Source: Flavobacterium sp. (GTDB lineage: Bacteria; Bacteroidota; Bacteroidia; Flavobacteriales; Flavobacteriaceae). From it: a stretch of DNA of 64,000 nucleotides. Positions within the stretch are counted from its first letter, which is position 1. Each line of letters begins with the position of its first letter. The notes under the pieces are model-generated. The model saw only the letters and a program-made list of their open reading frames with translations. It was not told the origin of the DNA and searched no databases. The stretch spans positions 27,760 to 91,759 of the forward strand of contig NZ_SEBS01000015.1 of NCBI RefSeq assembly GCF_004211145.1. The letters are read 5' to 3'. Shown one piece after another: positions 46,455-54,936 of this stretch. The translations under genes were made by a program, and so were the position numbers.

Positions 46455-48902
46455 TTAGATATTCCCGACCCGAATCACATCCGCAAAAATCCCACTCGCC
46501 GTAACCGCAGCGCCCGCACCTGCGCCTTTTATCAAAAGCGGTTGGTCGACGTAGCGATCGGTGAAGAAAAGCACGATATTGTCCTTGCCTTCGAGGTTGT
46601 AGAACGGATGGTCTTTTGCGATGAACTGCAAGCCGACGCTCGCTTTTCCGTTTTCGAACTGGGCGACATATTTCAGTCGGCTGTCATTGGATCGGGCCTG
46701 TTCGTAAAGGTCGTTAAAATGCGCGGCGTTCGCTTCGAGGGATTCCAAAAATTCGGGAACTGATTTTGTTTCGAGACAGGCTTTGGGAAGGAACGACAGA
46801 TTCTCGATATCGCTCATTTCCATTTCGTAACCGCTTTCACGGATAAGGATTAGGATTTTACGGGCTACATCGACGCCACTTAAATCTATTTTCGGGTCAG
46901 GCTCCGTAAAACCCTGAACGCCTGCTTCTTTGACGACTTCTTTAAAACTCGTGTTTTCATTAAAATTATTGAATATAAAGTTCAGACTACCTGATAGGAC
47001 TGCCTGGATCTTATGTATTTTATCGCCCGAAGCTACCATGTGTTTGAGCGTATCAATGATCGGCAAACCGGCTCCGACGTTCGTTTCGAAAAGGAAAGGC
47101 GAATTGTATTTTCGGCTCAAATTTTTGAGATGATTGTAGTTGCCATATTCTGATGAACACGCGATTTTGTTGCACGTGACGACCGCGATATTATCTTCGA
47201 GATAATCGGCGTAGGTTTCTGAAACTTCGGCATTCGCGGTGATGTCGACGAAAATGCTGTTGCGTAAATTGAGCGCTTTTACCTTTTCGATGAACGTTTT
47301 TTTGTTCGCGGTTTCGCCATTCTCCATTCCGGATTTCCAGTCCTTCAACGAAATTCCTTCTTCGTCGAAAAGCATCTTGCGCGAGTTCGAAAGCGCAATC
47401 ACGCGCAGATTTATCTTGAGATTTTCACGCAGGAATTTCTTTTGTTGGTGCACTTGGTCGAGGAATTTTTCGCCGACATTTCCGACGCCCATCACAAATA
47501 GGTTGAGCTGTTTCGTATTGTCTTCAAAGAACTGCTCGTGCAACGTATTGAGCGCTTTTTTCACATCGCGTTCGTTGATGACGACTGAAATATTGCGTTC
47601 CGACGCACCTTGAGCGATCGCACGGATATTTACGTTGTTTTTACCCAACGTACTGAACATCTTGCCGCTGATTCCCTGGTGGTTTTTCATGCTTTCACCT
47701 ACGAGCGCGACAATGCAAAGCCCGTTTTCGACGATGCAAGGTTCGATTTTGTGTTGGGAGATTTCGACTGAAAATGCCTTGTTGATCGCAACACTCGCCT
47801 TATCGGATTCGCTGTCGAGAATCCCAATGCAGATCGAGTGCTCCGACGACGCCTGCGTTATGAAAATCACGTTGATGCCGTTGTCGGACAAGACTTCGAA
47901 CAATCGTTTCGAAGAACCCGCGACGCCGATCATTCCCGAGCCTTCGAGTGTCAGCAATGCGATTTCTCCAATATGCGTTATACCTTTTATCGGGTTTGAC
48001 GACGTATCGGGATTGTTTGATATCAACGTTCCGAACGCATCGGGTTCAAATGTATTTTTTATGTAGATCGGAATGTTCTTGTCCAAGGCCGGTTGGATCG
48101 TGGGCGGATAAAGCACTTTTGCACCGAAGTGCGACAATTCCATGGCTTCCTGGTATGAGATCGACTCGATAGGGCGCGCCTGTTTCACGAGTTTCGGATT
48201 TGCGGTGAACATGCCGTTTACGTCGGTCCAGATTTCGACTCGTTCCGCATTGACGGCCGCTGCGAAAATGGCTGCCGTGTAATCGGAACCGCCTCGTCCT
48301 AAGGTCGTGTTGTCGCCATCTTTGGATGAGCCGATAAATCCGGGCATTACGGTTACCCTGACAGGGTGTTCGCTAAAATAACTGACAGTCAAATTGTTAG
48401 TCATCTCAAAATCGACATTTGCTTTCCCAAAACGGTTGTCAGTTTTGATAAGCTCTCGGCTGTCTTTGTATTCGCTCGACGGAACGTATTGTTTGAGCGC
48501 TTCGGCAATGATGCACGACGACAATAATTCCCCGAATCCGACGATCGTGTCTGAAGTCCTGTTCGATAGTTCGCCCAGCAGGAAACATCCGTCAAGCAAC
48601 GTCTCTAAATGATTCAGGATACGTTTTGCATGGCTCAACAGGCTGCTTTGGATTTGTATCGGCAATAATTCCTTGATTGCGTCCAGGTGTTTTTTCTCGA
48701 TTTCGGATACGATTTCGCGGTACGATTCGTCTTTCGACGCTGCGGTCGATGCGGCTTTGAGCAATAAATCGGTCACGCCGCTAAAGGCTGAAACCACGAC
48801 GATGAGTTGTTCTTTTTCGCTTTTGTGCTTCACGATCTCACAGACCGCTTTAATATTTTGGGCACCGCTAACCGATGTCCCGCCGAATTTCAATACGTTC
48901 AT
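46455..48902 (-). CDS. thrA: Bifunctional aspartokinase / homoserine dehydrogenase
   Basis: 815 aa. N-terminal aspartokinase (MNVLKFGGTSV, GRGGSDYTA), ACT region, and C-terminal homoserine dehydrogenase (VMGVGNVG.., GAGAGAAVTASG). Confidence 0.95.
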   Translation of the reverse strand: MNVLKFGGTSVSGAQNIKAVCEIVKHKSEKEQLIVVVSAFSGVTDLLLKAASTAASKDESYREIVSEIEKKHLDAIKELLPIQIQSSLLSHAKRILNHLETLLDGCFLLGELSNRTSDTIVGFGELLSSCIIAEALKQYVPSSEYKDSRELIKTDNRFGKANVDFEMTNNLTVSYFSEHPVRVTVMPGFIGSSKDGDNTTLGRGGSDYTAAIFAAAVNAERVEIWTDVNGMFTANPKLVKQARPIESISYQEAMELSHFGAKVLYPPTIQPALDKNIPIYIKNTFEPDAFGTLISNNPDTSSNPIKGITHIGEIALLTLEGSGMIGVAGSSKRLFEVLSDNGINVIFITQASSEHSICIGILDSESDKASVAINKAFSVEISQHKIEPCIVENGLCIVALVGESMKNHQGISGKMFSTLGKNNVNIRAIAQGASERNISVVINERDVKKALNTLHEQFFEDNTKQLNLFVMGVGNVGEKFLDQVHQQKKFLRENLKINLRVIALSNSRKMLFDEEGISLKDWKSGMENGETANKKTFIEKVKALNLRNSIFVDITANAEVSETYADYLEDNIAVVTCNKIACSSEYGNYNHLKNLSRKYNSPFLFETNVGAGLPIIDTLKHMVASGDKIHKIQAVLSGSLNFIFNNFNENTSFKEVVKEAGVQGFTEPDPKIDLSGVDVARKILILIRESGYEMEMSDIENLSFLPKACLETKSVPEFLESLEANAAHFNDLYEQARSNDSRLKYVAQFENGKASVGLQFIAKDHPFYNLEGKDNIVLFFTDRYVDQPLLIKGAGAGAAVTASGIFADVIRVGNI

Positions 48903-48943
48903 TTTGTTTGTCTTGGTGTAAATGCAAGTGATTTTGTCTTTTC

Positions 48944-49038
48944 AAAACGAAAAAACACGGAGTACGGTTGATATGTTTTCAGATTACCCCAAAGGGGTTG
49001 TGGTAGTGCCAACCGTTGTTGCAACCGTAGTGGTCGTG
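48944..49038 (-). promoter_or_regulatory. Candidate transcription attenuator of the thr operon
   Basis: In the minus-sense RNA, CACG (49038-49035) pairs with CGUG (48959-48956). UACGGUUG (49029-49022) pairs with CAACCGUA (48970-48963). Together they form a 12-bp interrupted helix followed directly by U6 (48955-48950), CG and U4. The 5' arm is made of the Thr codons ACG ACC ACU ACG of the leader ORF. An internal ACCCC-UUU-GGGGU hairpin lies at 48998-48986, and an alternative partner ACGGUUG at 49016-49010. Confidence 0.45.
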
Positions 49039-49070
49039 ATGTAGAGAGTGTATGTGATTTGCGTTGGCAT
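48984..49070 (-). CDS. Thr-rich leader peptide (thrL-like), 28 codons
   Basis: Hand translation of the minus strand gives MPTQITYTLYITTTTVATTVGTTTTPLG*. That is 13 Thr and 2 Ile in 28 codons, ending 81 nt upstream of the thrA ATG. It is below the ORF-track length cutoff. Confidence 0.6.
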   Translation of the reverse strand: MPTQITYTLYITTTTVATTVGTTTTPLG

Positions 49071-49075
49071 GGTTC

Positions 49076-49105
49076 CAAAAGTAGTTCTTTTTTGAAAAAC
49101 CCCAA
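49076..49105 (-). promoter_or_regulatory. Candidate promoter of thr leader/operon (-33 TTG / -7 TACTTTTG)
   Basis: The reverse complement of 49076-49083 is TACTTTTG (TAnnTTTG). TTG (reverse complement of 49103-49105) lies 19 nt upstream. The -7 box ends 5 nt before the leader ATG, so the mRNA would be leaderless or nearly so. Confidence 0.4.
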
Positions 49106-49217
49106 GCAATTTGCCAATTTTTACGGATAATTCATAGCAATTAACAAAACCGTCATTTAAAATAAAGATGAATGGCGATTGTTATCTGTAAATTCCGAAA
49201 TCAAAAATTATAGCCGG

Positions 49218-50573
49218 TTACAGCGGCAACGCATCGAGAAGTTTTGATAATTCAGGATCGGATGGGCGAGGAGCATCGGCCGATACAATACTTCCGTTTG
49301 AATCGATGAGTATGAAACGCGGAATGCTTTCGACGATGTAACTGGCGACCAATTTAGAATTGAAGCCTAAACCGTCAATCAATTGCACACCTTGGAGATT
49401 TTCTTTTTTGACGAGATTCTGCCATTTTTCTTTGTCTCTTACATTGTCGATGGAAATACTGACGAACTCCACATTTTTTCCATTGTATTTCGCCTGGATT
49501 TCCTTAAGCGCGGGAATTTCCTCTCGACAAGGTTTGCACCAAGTCGCCCAAAAATCTATGTAGATATATTTTCCTTTGAGGTTTTCCATCGTCGTCCTGG
49601 AGCCGTTGAGATTCTCAAGATCGAAGCTTGGCGCGGGTTTTCCGGGAAGCAATGAGGCGAGTTTGGTAAACTTTTGAGTAATGTCTTTCTTAAGGACTTC
49701 ACTTTTGATCTCTTCCATCAACTTTTTATAGATGATTTCGCTGTTGGGATTACCGGCGTTGATGAAAAAACCGAAGCCGGCGAACATCGCATCCCGGATC
49801 ACAGGACTTTTAAAATGACGTTTGATTTTTTCGAACGGAAGTTTGTGCACGGTAGTCGTGTCCTGGGCCAAATTCGGTTGATCCTGTACGCTTCGCCTGG
49901 CCATATCCATAAAAACATTCGAGAACGTGAAATCGTCTTGATTGTCAAAAACCATCTTTGATTTTTCGGGCGTCGGAAAACTTTCTGAGGATTTATAATC
50001 AGGCAATTGCGCGATATCTTTGTGCCATTCGGGATAAATCCAGTATTCGTATTGGGTCGCATAATATTGGTCGCGTTCTTCCAATTTTTTGAACCGCGTA
50101 TTTTTTATATCCGACGATTTGTAAAGGCTGTCGCGACTTTTCGCCGTTTTCGCGATCGACGCCAAAAAGTCATTTTCGCCCAGCGTATAAAGCGCTTTTT
50201 GATCGGTTTTTTGTAACAGCACGGATTTGGCGGCCAAATATTGATTTTCCTTTGCCAGCGTTCCCTGAAATTTTAATGTTTTGAATAGATTTTTATAATC
50301 GGCATTTATGATAAGCGTTTTTCCGTTTTCAAGGTAAATCGACATTCCATCCAGTCCGGTGTGGAAATAATATTGGCCTTCGTAATCGAGCGCCAGTGTC
50401 GTCTTAAAACTTCCATCGGTCCCTAAATTTATTTTTTGGGACGTATACAGACCGATGATACTGATTTCATTTACCGCCGAATTGATGATTTTTCCCGATA
50501 TCACTGCCTTCGTTTGGGCGCGTATCGTAAACATAGAAGCGAAAAGGAACGTGAGAAGAATACTTTTTTTCAT
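49218..50573 (-). CDS. TlpA-family thiol:disulfide oxidoreductase (thioredoxin-fold, secreted)
   Basis: ATG 50573 gives MKKSILLTFLFASMFTIRAQ, a signal peptide. The C-terminal redoxin domain carries the WATWCKPCREEIP active site. Confidence 0.85.
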   Translation of the reverse strand: MKKSILLTFLFASMFTIRAQTKAVISGKIINSAVNEISIIGLYTSQKINLGTDGSFKTTLALDYEGQYYFHTGLDGMSIYLENGKTLIINADYKNLFKTLKFQGTLAKENQYLAAKSVLLQKTDQKALYTLGENDFLASIAKTAKSRDSLYKSSDIKNTRFKKLEERDQYYATQYEYWIYPEWHKDIAQLPDYKSSESFPTPEKSKMVFDNQDDFTFSNVFMDMARRSVQDQPNLAQDTTTVHKLPFEKIKRHFKSPVIRDAMFAGFGFFINAGNPNSEIIYKKLMEEIKSEVLKKDITQKFTKLASLLPGKPAPSFDLENLNGSRTTMENLKGKYIYIDFWATWCKPCREEIPALKEIQAKYNGKNVEFVSISIDNVRDKEKWQNLVKKENLQGVQLIDGLGFNSKLVASYIVESIPRFILIDSNGSIVSADAPRPSDPELSKLLDALPL

Positions 50574-50690
50574 GTGCTGTGGTTTGGTTTCTTTAACATA
50601 ACGGAAAACGTTTTCGTAAATTTTAATTCTTCTAAATTTTCTTGCCATATCCGGTTCAAATGCGGAATTTTGGAAACCTAAAATTTTAAG

Positions 50691-52196
50691 ATGGAAACCC
50701 ACCATTATATCAGTACCGACATTTTAACGCTCGATGCGTTAAGCGAAATCATTTCATCCGACAAAAAACTTGCGCTATCTGAAGAAGCACGACTCAATAT
50801 CCGAAAATGCCGCGAATATCTCGACGCGAAAATGGACAACCAGGACGAGCCGATTTACGGCATCAACACTGGTTTCGGTTCGCTTTACAACATAAAAATT
50901 TCGAACGACAACCTATCCAAATTGCAGGAAAATCTTGTCAAATCGCATGCGTGCGGAGCGGGAGAGGAAGTTCCGACCGAGATCGTAAAACTCATGCTGT
51001 TGCTCAAGATCCAGTCGCTGAGTTATGGTAATTCGGGCGTTCAGGTGGAAACCGTCGAACGTCTCATTGATTTTTACAACGAGGATATTTTACCGATAAT
51101 TTTCACTCAGGGTTCGCTCGGCGCTTCGGGCGACTTGGCTCCGTTGGCGCATTTATCGTTGCCGCTGTTGGGCGAGGGCGAAGTTTGGTTCAATGGGAAA
51201 AAAGAGCATTCGTCCGATATTTTGAAACATTTCAATTGGCAACCGATCGTGCTCAAATCGAAAGAAGGATTAGCGCTCTTGAATGGAACCCAATTCATGT
51301 TGGCGTACGGCGCGCACATTTTGATCAAAGCGCATAAATACTCGTATCTCGCCGATTTGATCGGGACGATTTCGCTCGAGGCGTTCGATGGCCGAAAAGA
51401 ACCGTTCAACGATCTGATCCACATCGTCCGACCGCACAAAGGCCAGATCGTCACGGCCGCTCGCATCAACGTTTTCCTCGAAGGAAGCGAAATCATCAAA
51501 CAGGCGAAAAAGCATGTGCAAGATCCGTATTCGTTCCGATGCATGCCGCAGGTTCACGGCGCTTCGAAGGACGCGATCGATTACGTGCACAAAGTTTTCA
51601 AGACCGAAATCAATTCGGTGACCGACAACCCGAACATCTTCATCGACGCCGATTTGATTTTATCGGGCGGAAATTTCCACGGACAACCGCTCGCATTGGC
51701 ACTTGATTTCCTCGGAATCGCTTTGGCGGAACTCGGAAACATTTCGGAACGACGAACCTATCAACTTATCTCCGGACTTCGCGGATTGCCGGCGTTTTTG
51801 GTCGACAATCCCGGATTGAATTCGGGGTTCATGATTCCGCAATACACGGCCGCGAGCATCGTTTCCCAAAACAAACATTTGGCGAATCCCGCGAGCACCG
51901 ACAGCATCGTGTCGAGCAACGGGCAGGAAGATCACGTGAGCATGGGCGCGAATGCCGCGACGAAAGCGTTGCGCATCATCGACAACCTCGAAACCATTTT
52001 GGCGATCGAGTTGATGAACGCGGCCCAGGCGATTGATTTCCGACGTCCTTTGAAGTCGGGCGAATTCATCGAAACCTTCCTGAAAGCCTACCGCGACGAA
52101 GTTCCGCATGTTAAGGAAGACCGCATTTTGCATTATGATATTGAGACGACGAAGGTGTTTTTGAGGAGTTTTGGGATTAGCGAAGAGTTACTTTGA
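50691..52196 (+). CDS. hutH: Histidine ammonia-lyase
   Basis: MIO-forming GSLGASGDLAPLAHL motif, YGINTGFG, and a Ser-His pair in NLVKSHACGAG (HAL-type rather than TAL/PAL-type). Confidence 0.92.
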   Translation: METHHYISTDILTLDALSEIISSDKKLALSEEARLNIRKCREYLDAKMDNQDEPIYGINTGFGSLYNIKISNDNLSKLQENLVKSHACGAGEEVPTEIVKLMLLLKIQSLSYGNSGVQVETVERLIDFYNEDILPIIFTQGSLGASGDLAPLAHLSLPLLGEGEVWFNGKKEHSSDILKHFNWQPIVLKSKEGLALLNGTQFMLAYGAHILIKAHKYSYLADLIGTISLEAFDGRKEPFNDLIHIVRPHKGQIVTAARINVFLEGSEIIKQAKKHVQDPYSFRCMPQVHGASKDAIDYVHKVFKTEINSVTDNPNIFIDADLILSGGNFHGQPLALALDFLGIALAELGNISERRTYQLISGLRGLPAFLVDNPGLNSGFMIPQYTAASIVSQNKHLANPASTDSIVSSNGQEDHVSMGANAATKALRIIDNLETILAIELMNAAQAIDFRRPLKSGEFIETFLKAYRDEVPHVKEDRILHYDIETTKVFLRSFGISEELL

Positions 52197-52198
52197 TG

Positions 52199-52337
52199 AT
52201 TAGCGGTTTCGAAAATTAGCGGATTCGAAAATTAGCGAATTAGCGAATGGTTTTTTGAAAAAGATAACATTCTCGTTGCTTATCGAACAAATCCGCTATT
52301 CCGCTAATCTGCTAATTCGCTAATCCGCTAATCTAAT
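52199..52337. repeat. ATTAGCGGA/ATTAGCGAA word arrays as inverted pair after hutH
   Basis: The left arm (52199-52250) is ATTAGCGGTTTCGAAAATTAGCGGATTCGAAAATTAGCGAATTAGCGAATGG. The right arm (52291-52337) is ATCCGCTATTCCGCTAATCTGCTAATTCGCTAATCCGCTAATCTAAT. The perfect 14-bp core is 52231-52244 against 52311-52324. More CTAATCC words follow to 52386. Confidence 0.75.
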
Positions 52338-52383
52338 TCATAAAATTATTCTAATCATCCACTAATCCCAATCATCTAATCCC

Positions 52384-52391
52384 TAATTTTG
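52384..52391 (+). promoter_or_regulatory. Candidate -7 box (TAATTTTG) upstream of aguB
   Basis: TAATTTTG lies 19 nt upstream of the ATG at 52410. Confidence 0.3.
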
Positions 52392-52409
52392 CACCCTAAA
52401 ACAACCGCT

Positions 52410-53285
52410 ATGTCAAACGTAAAAGTCGGATTGGTTCAAATGTCGTGTGTCGCCGACAAACAGGCAAACCTCGAGAAAGCCATTCGTGAAGTTCGCGTCG
52501 CCGCTGCAAAAGGCGCGCAAATCGTGTGTTTACAGGAACTTTTTACCTCGCTTTATTTTTGTGATGTCGAGGATTACGACAATTTCAAATTGGCCGAACC
52601 GATTCCGGGACCGAGCACCGAAACCTTGCAGTCGGTAGCGAAAGAACTGGGCGTTGTTATTATCGCTTCGTTGTTCGAAAAGAGAGCCGAAGGTCTGTAC
52701 CACAACACGACCGCGATCATCGACGCCGATGGTTCCTACCTCGGGAAATACCGCAAAATGCACATTCCCGACGATCCGGCCTATTATGAGAAATTCTATT
52801 TCACGCCCGGAGATTTGGGTTATAAAGTCTTCAAGACAAAATTCGCGACGATCGGCATCCTGATCTGTTGGGACCAATGGTATCCTGAAGCCAGCCGCAT
52901 CACGGCGCTCATGGGAGCCGAAATCATGTTCTACCCGACGGCAATCGGTTGGGCGACCGACCAGGACGAGGAAACGAACAAAGACCAATACAACGCCTGG
53001 CAAACGATCCAGCGTTCCCACGCCGTCGCAAACGGAGTTCCTGTCGTGAGCGTGAACCGCGTCGGTTTCGAACAAGACGGAGCGATGAAATTCTGGGGCG
53101 GAAGTTTCGTGACGAACGCTCAAGGCAAATTGATGTACTTGGGTTCGCATGAAGACGAGGAAACGGTCGTGGTCGACATCGACAAGAACGAATCGGATTT
53201 CTTCAGGATGCATTGGCCGTTTTTGCGCGATCGCAGGATTGATAGTTATCAGCCGATTACGAAGCGGTTTATTGATGAAGACTAA
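52410..53285 (+). CDS. aguB: N-carbamoylputrescine amidase (nitrilase-superfamily C-N hydrolase)
   Basis: MSNVKVGLVQMSC.., the E-K-C triad context (CLQELF, YRKMHIPD, ILICWDQW), and its position adjacent to agmatine deiminase. Confidence 0.9.
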   Translation: MSNVKVGLVQMSCVADKQANLEKAIREVRVAAAKGAQIVCLQELFTSLYFCDVEDYDNFKLAEPIPGPSTETLQSVAKELGVVIIASLFEKRAEGLYHNTTAIIDADGSYLGKYRKMHIPDDPAYYEKFYFTPGDLGYKVFKTKFATIGILICWDQWYPEASRITALMGAEIMFYPTAIGWATDQDEETNKDQYNAWQTIQRSHAVANGVPVVSVNRVGFEQDGAMKFWGGSFVTNAQGKLMYLGSHEDEETVVVDIDKNESDFFRMHWPFLRDRRIDSYQPITKRFIDED

Positions 53286-53295
53286 ATAATTAGAC

Positions 53296-53388
53296 AATTT
53301 GGAAATTTGAAAATTTGAAAATGCCTAACCGATTATCCTTCGTGTTTTGAGAAAAATTTCCAAATTTCCAAATTTTCAAATTTCCAAA
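53296..53388. repeat. GGAAATTTGAAAAT word arrays forming a 20-bp perfect stem between aguB and aguA
   Basis: 53298-53317 (TTTGGAAATTTGAAAATTTG) is the perfect reverse complement of 53369-53388. The arms are tandem 9-10-nt words. The right arm ends 5 nt before the aguA ATG. Confidence 0.85.
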
Positions 53389-53393
53389 CTAAA

Positions 53394-54455
53394 ATGACTC
53401 CAAAACAACTAAACTTCCACTTCCCAGCAGAATTCGAAAAACAAACCGCGCTTTGGTTATCATGGCCGCACAAAGAAGCGTCGTGGCCCGGGAAGATCCA
53501 TACGATTTACAATTCGTATTGCGAATTTATCTTGCGCGTGGCATCTCACCAAAAAGTCTGCATAAATGTTGCGAATGAGGAAATGCGCGAGTTTGCGTTG
53601 CTCAGCATCTACAATTCGAATTACGCTAAAGTGGTGTCGAACCTTGAGGCGCTGCTCGACAACGTCAAATTTTATTTTCATCCGACGAACGATGCGTGGT
53701 GTCGCGATCACGGGCCGGCGTTTTTGGTGAACCGTGAAACGCGCGAGAAGGCGATCGTGGATTGGGGTTACAACGCTTGGGGCGACAAATATCCGCCGTA
53801 TGATCTCGACGATGTGATTCCGACCGAAATCGGGAAAGCGCTCGGACTTCCGGTTTTCAATCCCGGAATCGTCATGGAAGGCGGAAGCGTCGAATTCAAC
53901 GGAAAGGGAACGTTGCTTACCACGACGGCCTGTCTGCTCAATAAAAATCGCAATCCGCATTTATCGCAATCGGAAATCGAAAAATATCTGGTTGATTTCT
54001 ATGGCGTCGACAACATTCTTTGGCTCGGCGACGGCATTATCGGCGATGATACCGACGGACATATCGACGATATCACGCGCTTCGTGAACGAAGATACGGT
54101 CGTGACGGTCGTCGAGGAAAACAAGTCGGACGAGAACTACAAAATACTTCAGGAAAACCTCGAGACCCTGAAAACGTTGCGCCTTGAAACCGGAAAGCAA
54201 CTTAATATAATCGAACTTCCGATGCCGAAACCCGTGATTTGGGACGACCAAGTCCTTCCCGCATCGTACGCAAATTTCTACATCTCAAACGAAAATGTAA
54301 TTGTCCCGACATTCCGCGATGCCAACGACGACAAGGCGCTTTCGATCTTACAGGATTGTTTCAAAACCCGCAAGGTCGTCGGAATCGATTCGACTGATTT
54401 GATTTGGGGATTGGGAAGTTTTCATTGTTTGAGTCAACAGGAGCCGGCGGTTTAA
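53394..54455 (+). CDS. aguA: Agmatine deiminase
   Basis: FPAEFE.Q...WL.WPH, NDAWCRDHGP, DGHIDD and a C-terminal GSFHCLSQQ (catalytic Cys). Confidence 0.93.
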   Translation: MTPKQLNFHFPAEFEKQTALWLSWPHKEASWPGKIHTIYNSYCEFILRVASHQKVCINVANEEMREFALLSIYNSNYAKVVSNLEALLDNVKFYFHPTNDAWCRDHGPAFLVNRETREKAIVDWGYNAWGDKYPPYDLDDVIPTEIGKALGLPVFNPGIVMEGGSVEFNGKGTLLTTTACLLNKNRNPHLSQSEIEKYLVDFYGVDNILWLGDGIIGDDTDGHIDDITRFVNEDTVVTVVEENKSDENYKILQENLETLKTLRLETGKQLNIIELPMPKPVIWDDQVLPASYANFYISNENVIVPTFRDANDDKALSILQDCFKTRKVVGIDSTDLIWGLGSFHCLSQQEPAV

Positions 54456-54859
54456 TTCGATAATTGAGTCGAGTAGTTAATTAGAAAATTAGCGGATTAG
54501 CGAATGATACTTGTCTTCCGTGGAGATTTGTATTTTATATTGACGATTGTTGGAGCTTGTCTTCAAGGGGCGTTTGCATCTTCAATGGTAGATTGTCGGA
54601 ATCCATTGTCAAGGCAGCTTGCTTATTCAATTTGCATTTTGTTCCTATTTCTTTGAATGATATGTTCCGATTAGAAAAATTTCTATTTGTTTGATTGACT
54701 AAAATTTTATCGCGAACAGATATTGTTTTCCATAAATTCAAATTCCTTTTATAAGAGCATTTTGGCTCCCAACGCGATCAAAACATCCATCTGCGGGATT
54801 GCCCATCCGCTAATCCGCTAATTTTCTAATTAACTAATTATCTCAATCATCAAATTAAT
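54451..54859. repeat. MITE-like unit: ~55-nt terminal inverted repeats (29 bp perfect) around a ~300-bp core
   Basis: 54474-54502 (TAGTTAATTAGAAAATTAGCGGATTAGCG) is the perfect reverse complement of 54808-54836. The imperfect extension runs to 54451-54506 and 54804-54859, and the left arm overlaps the aguA stop. The arms share ATTAGCGGATTAGCGAAT words with the hutH-downstream arrays. The core holds only a doubtful TTG-start 68-codon ORF (54535-54741, minus). Confidence 0.6.
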
Positions 54860-54936
54860 TATCTAAACACTTTCCCAAATCCTTTCCATCCCAAAAATAA
54901 CGTGCGTAACTTACGGTAACGTTAAATCACACAACT

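Noticed and set aside
50691-52196. hutH homolog being a tyrosine/phenylalanine ammonia-lyase (for example for flexirubin-type pigment synthesis), since no hutU/hutI are adjacent
   Set aside because: The substrate-selectivity position reads Ser-His (NLVKSHACGAG), as in histidine ammonia-lyases, not His-Leu or Phe-Leu as in TAL/PAL. No polyketide or pigment genes are nearby. This remains an inference from one motif.
54535-54741. 68-codon minus-strand ORF in the core of the MITE-like unit as a real (HTH-like) gene
   Set aside because: It has a TTG start only, no promoter-like box was seen, and the family resemblance is weak. It is kept as a note within the repeat finding rather than as a CDS.
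52199-54859. Word arrays as a CRISPR array or CRISPR remnants
   Set aside because: The repeat units are only 7-17 nt and degenerate. They directly abut one another without unique spacers of 25-40 nt, they occur as inverted pairs, and no cas genes are present in the window.
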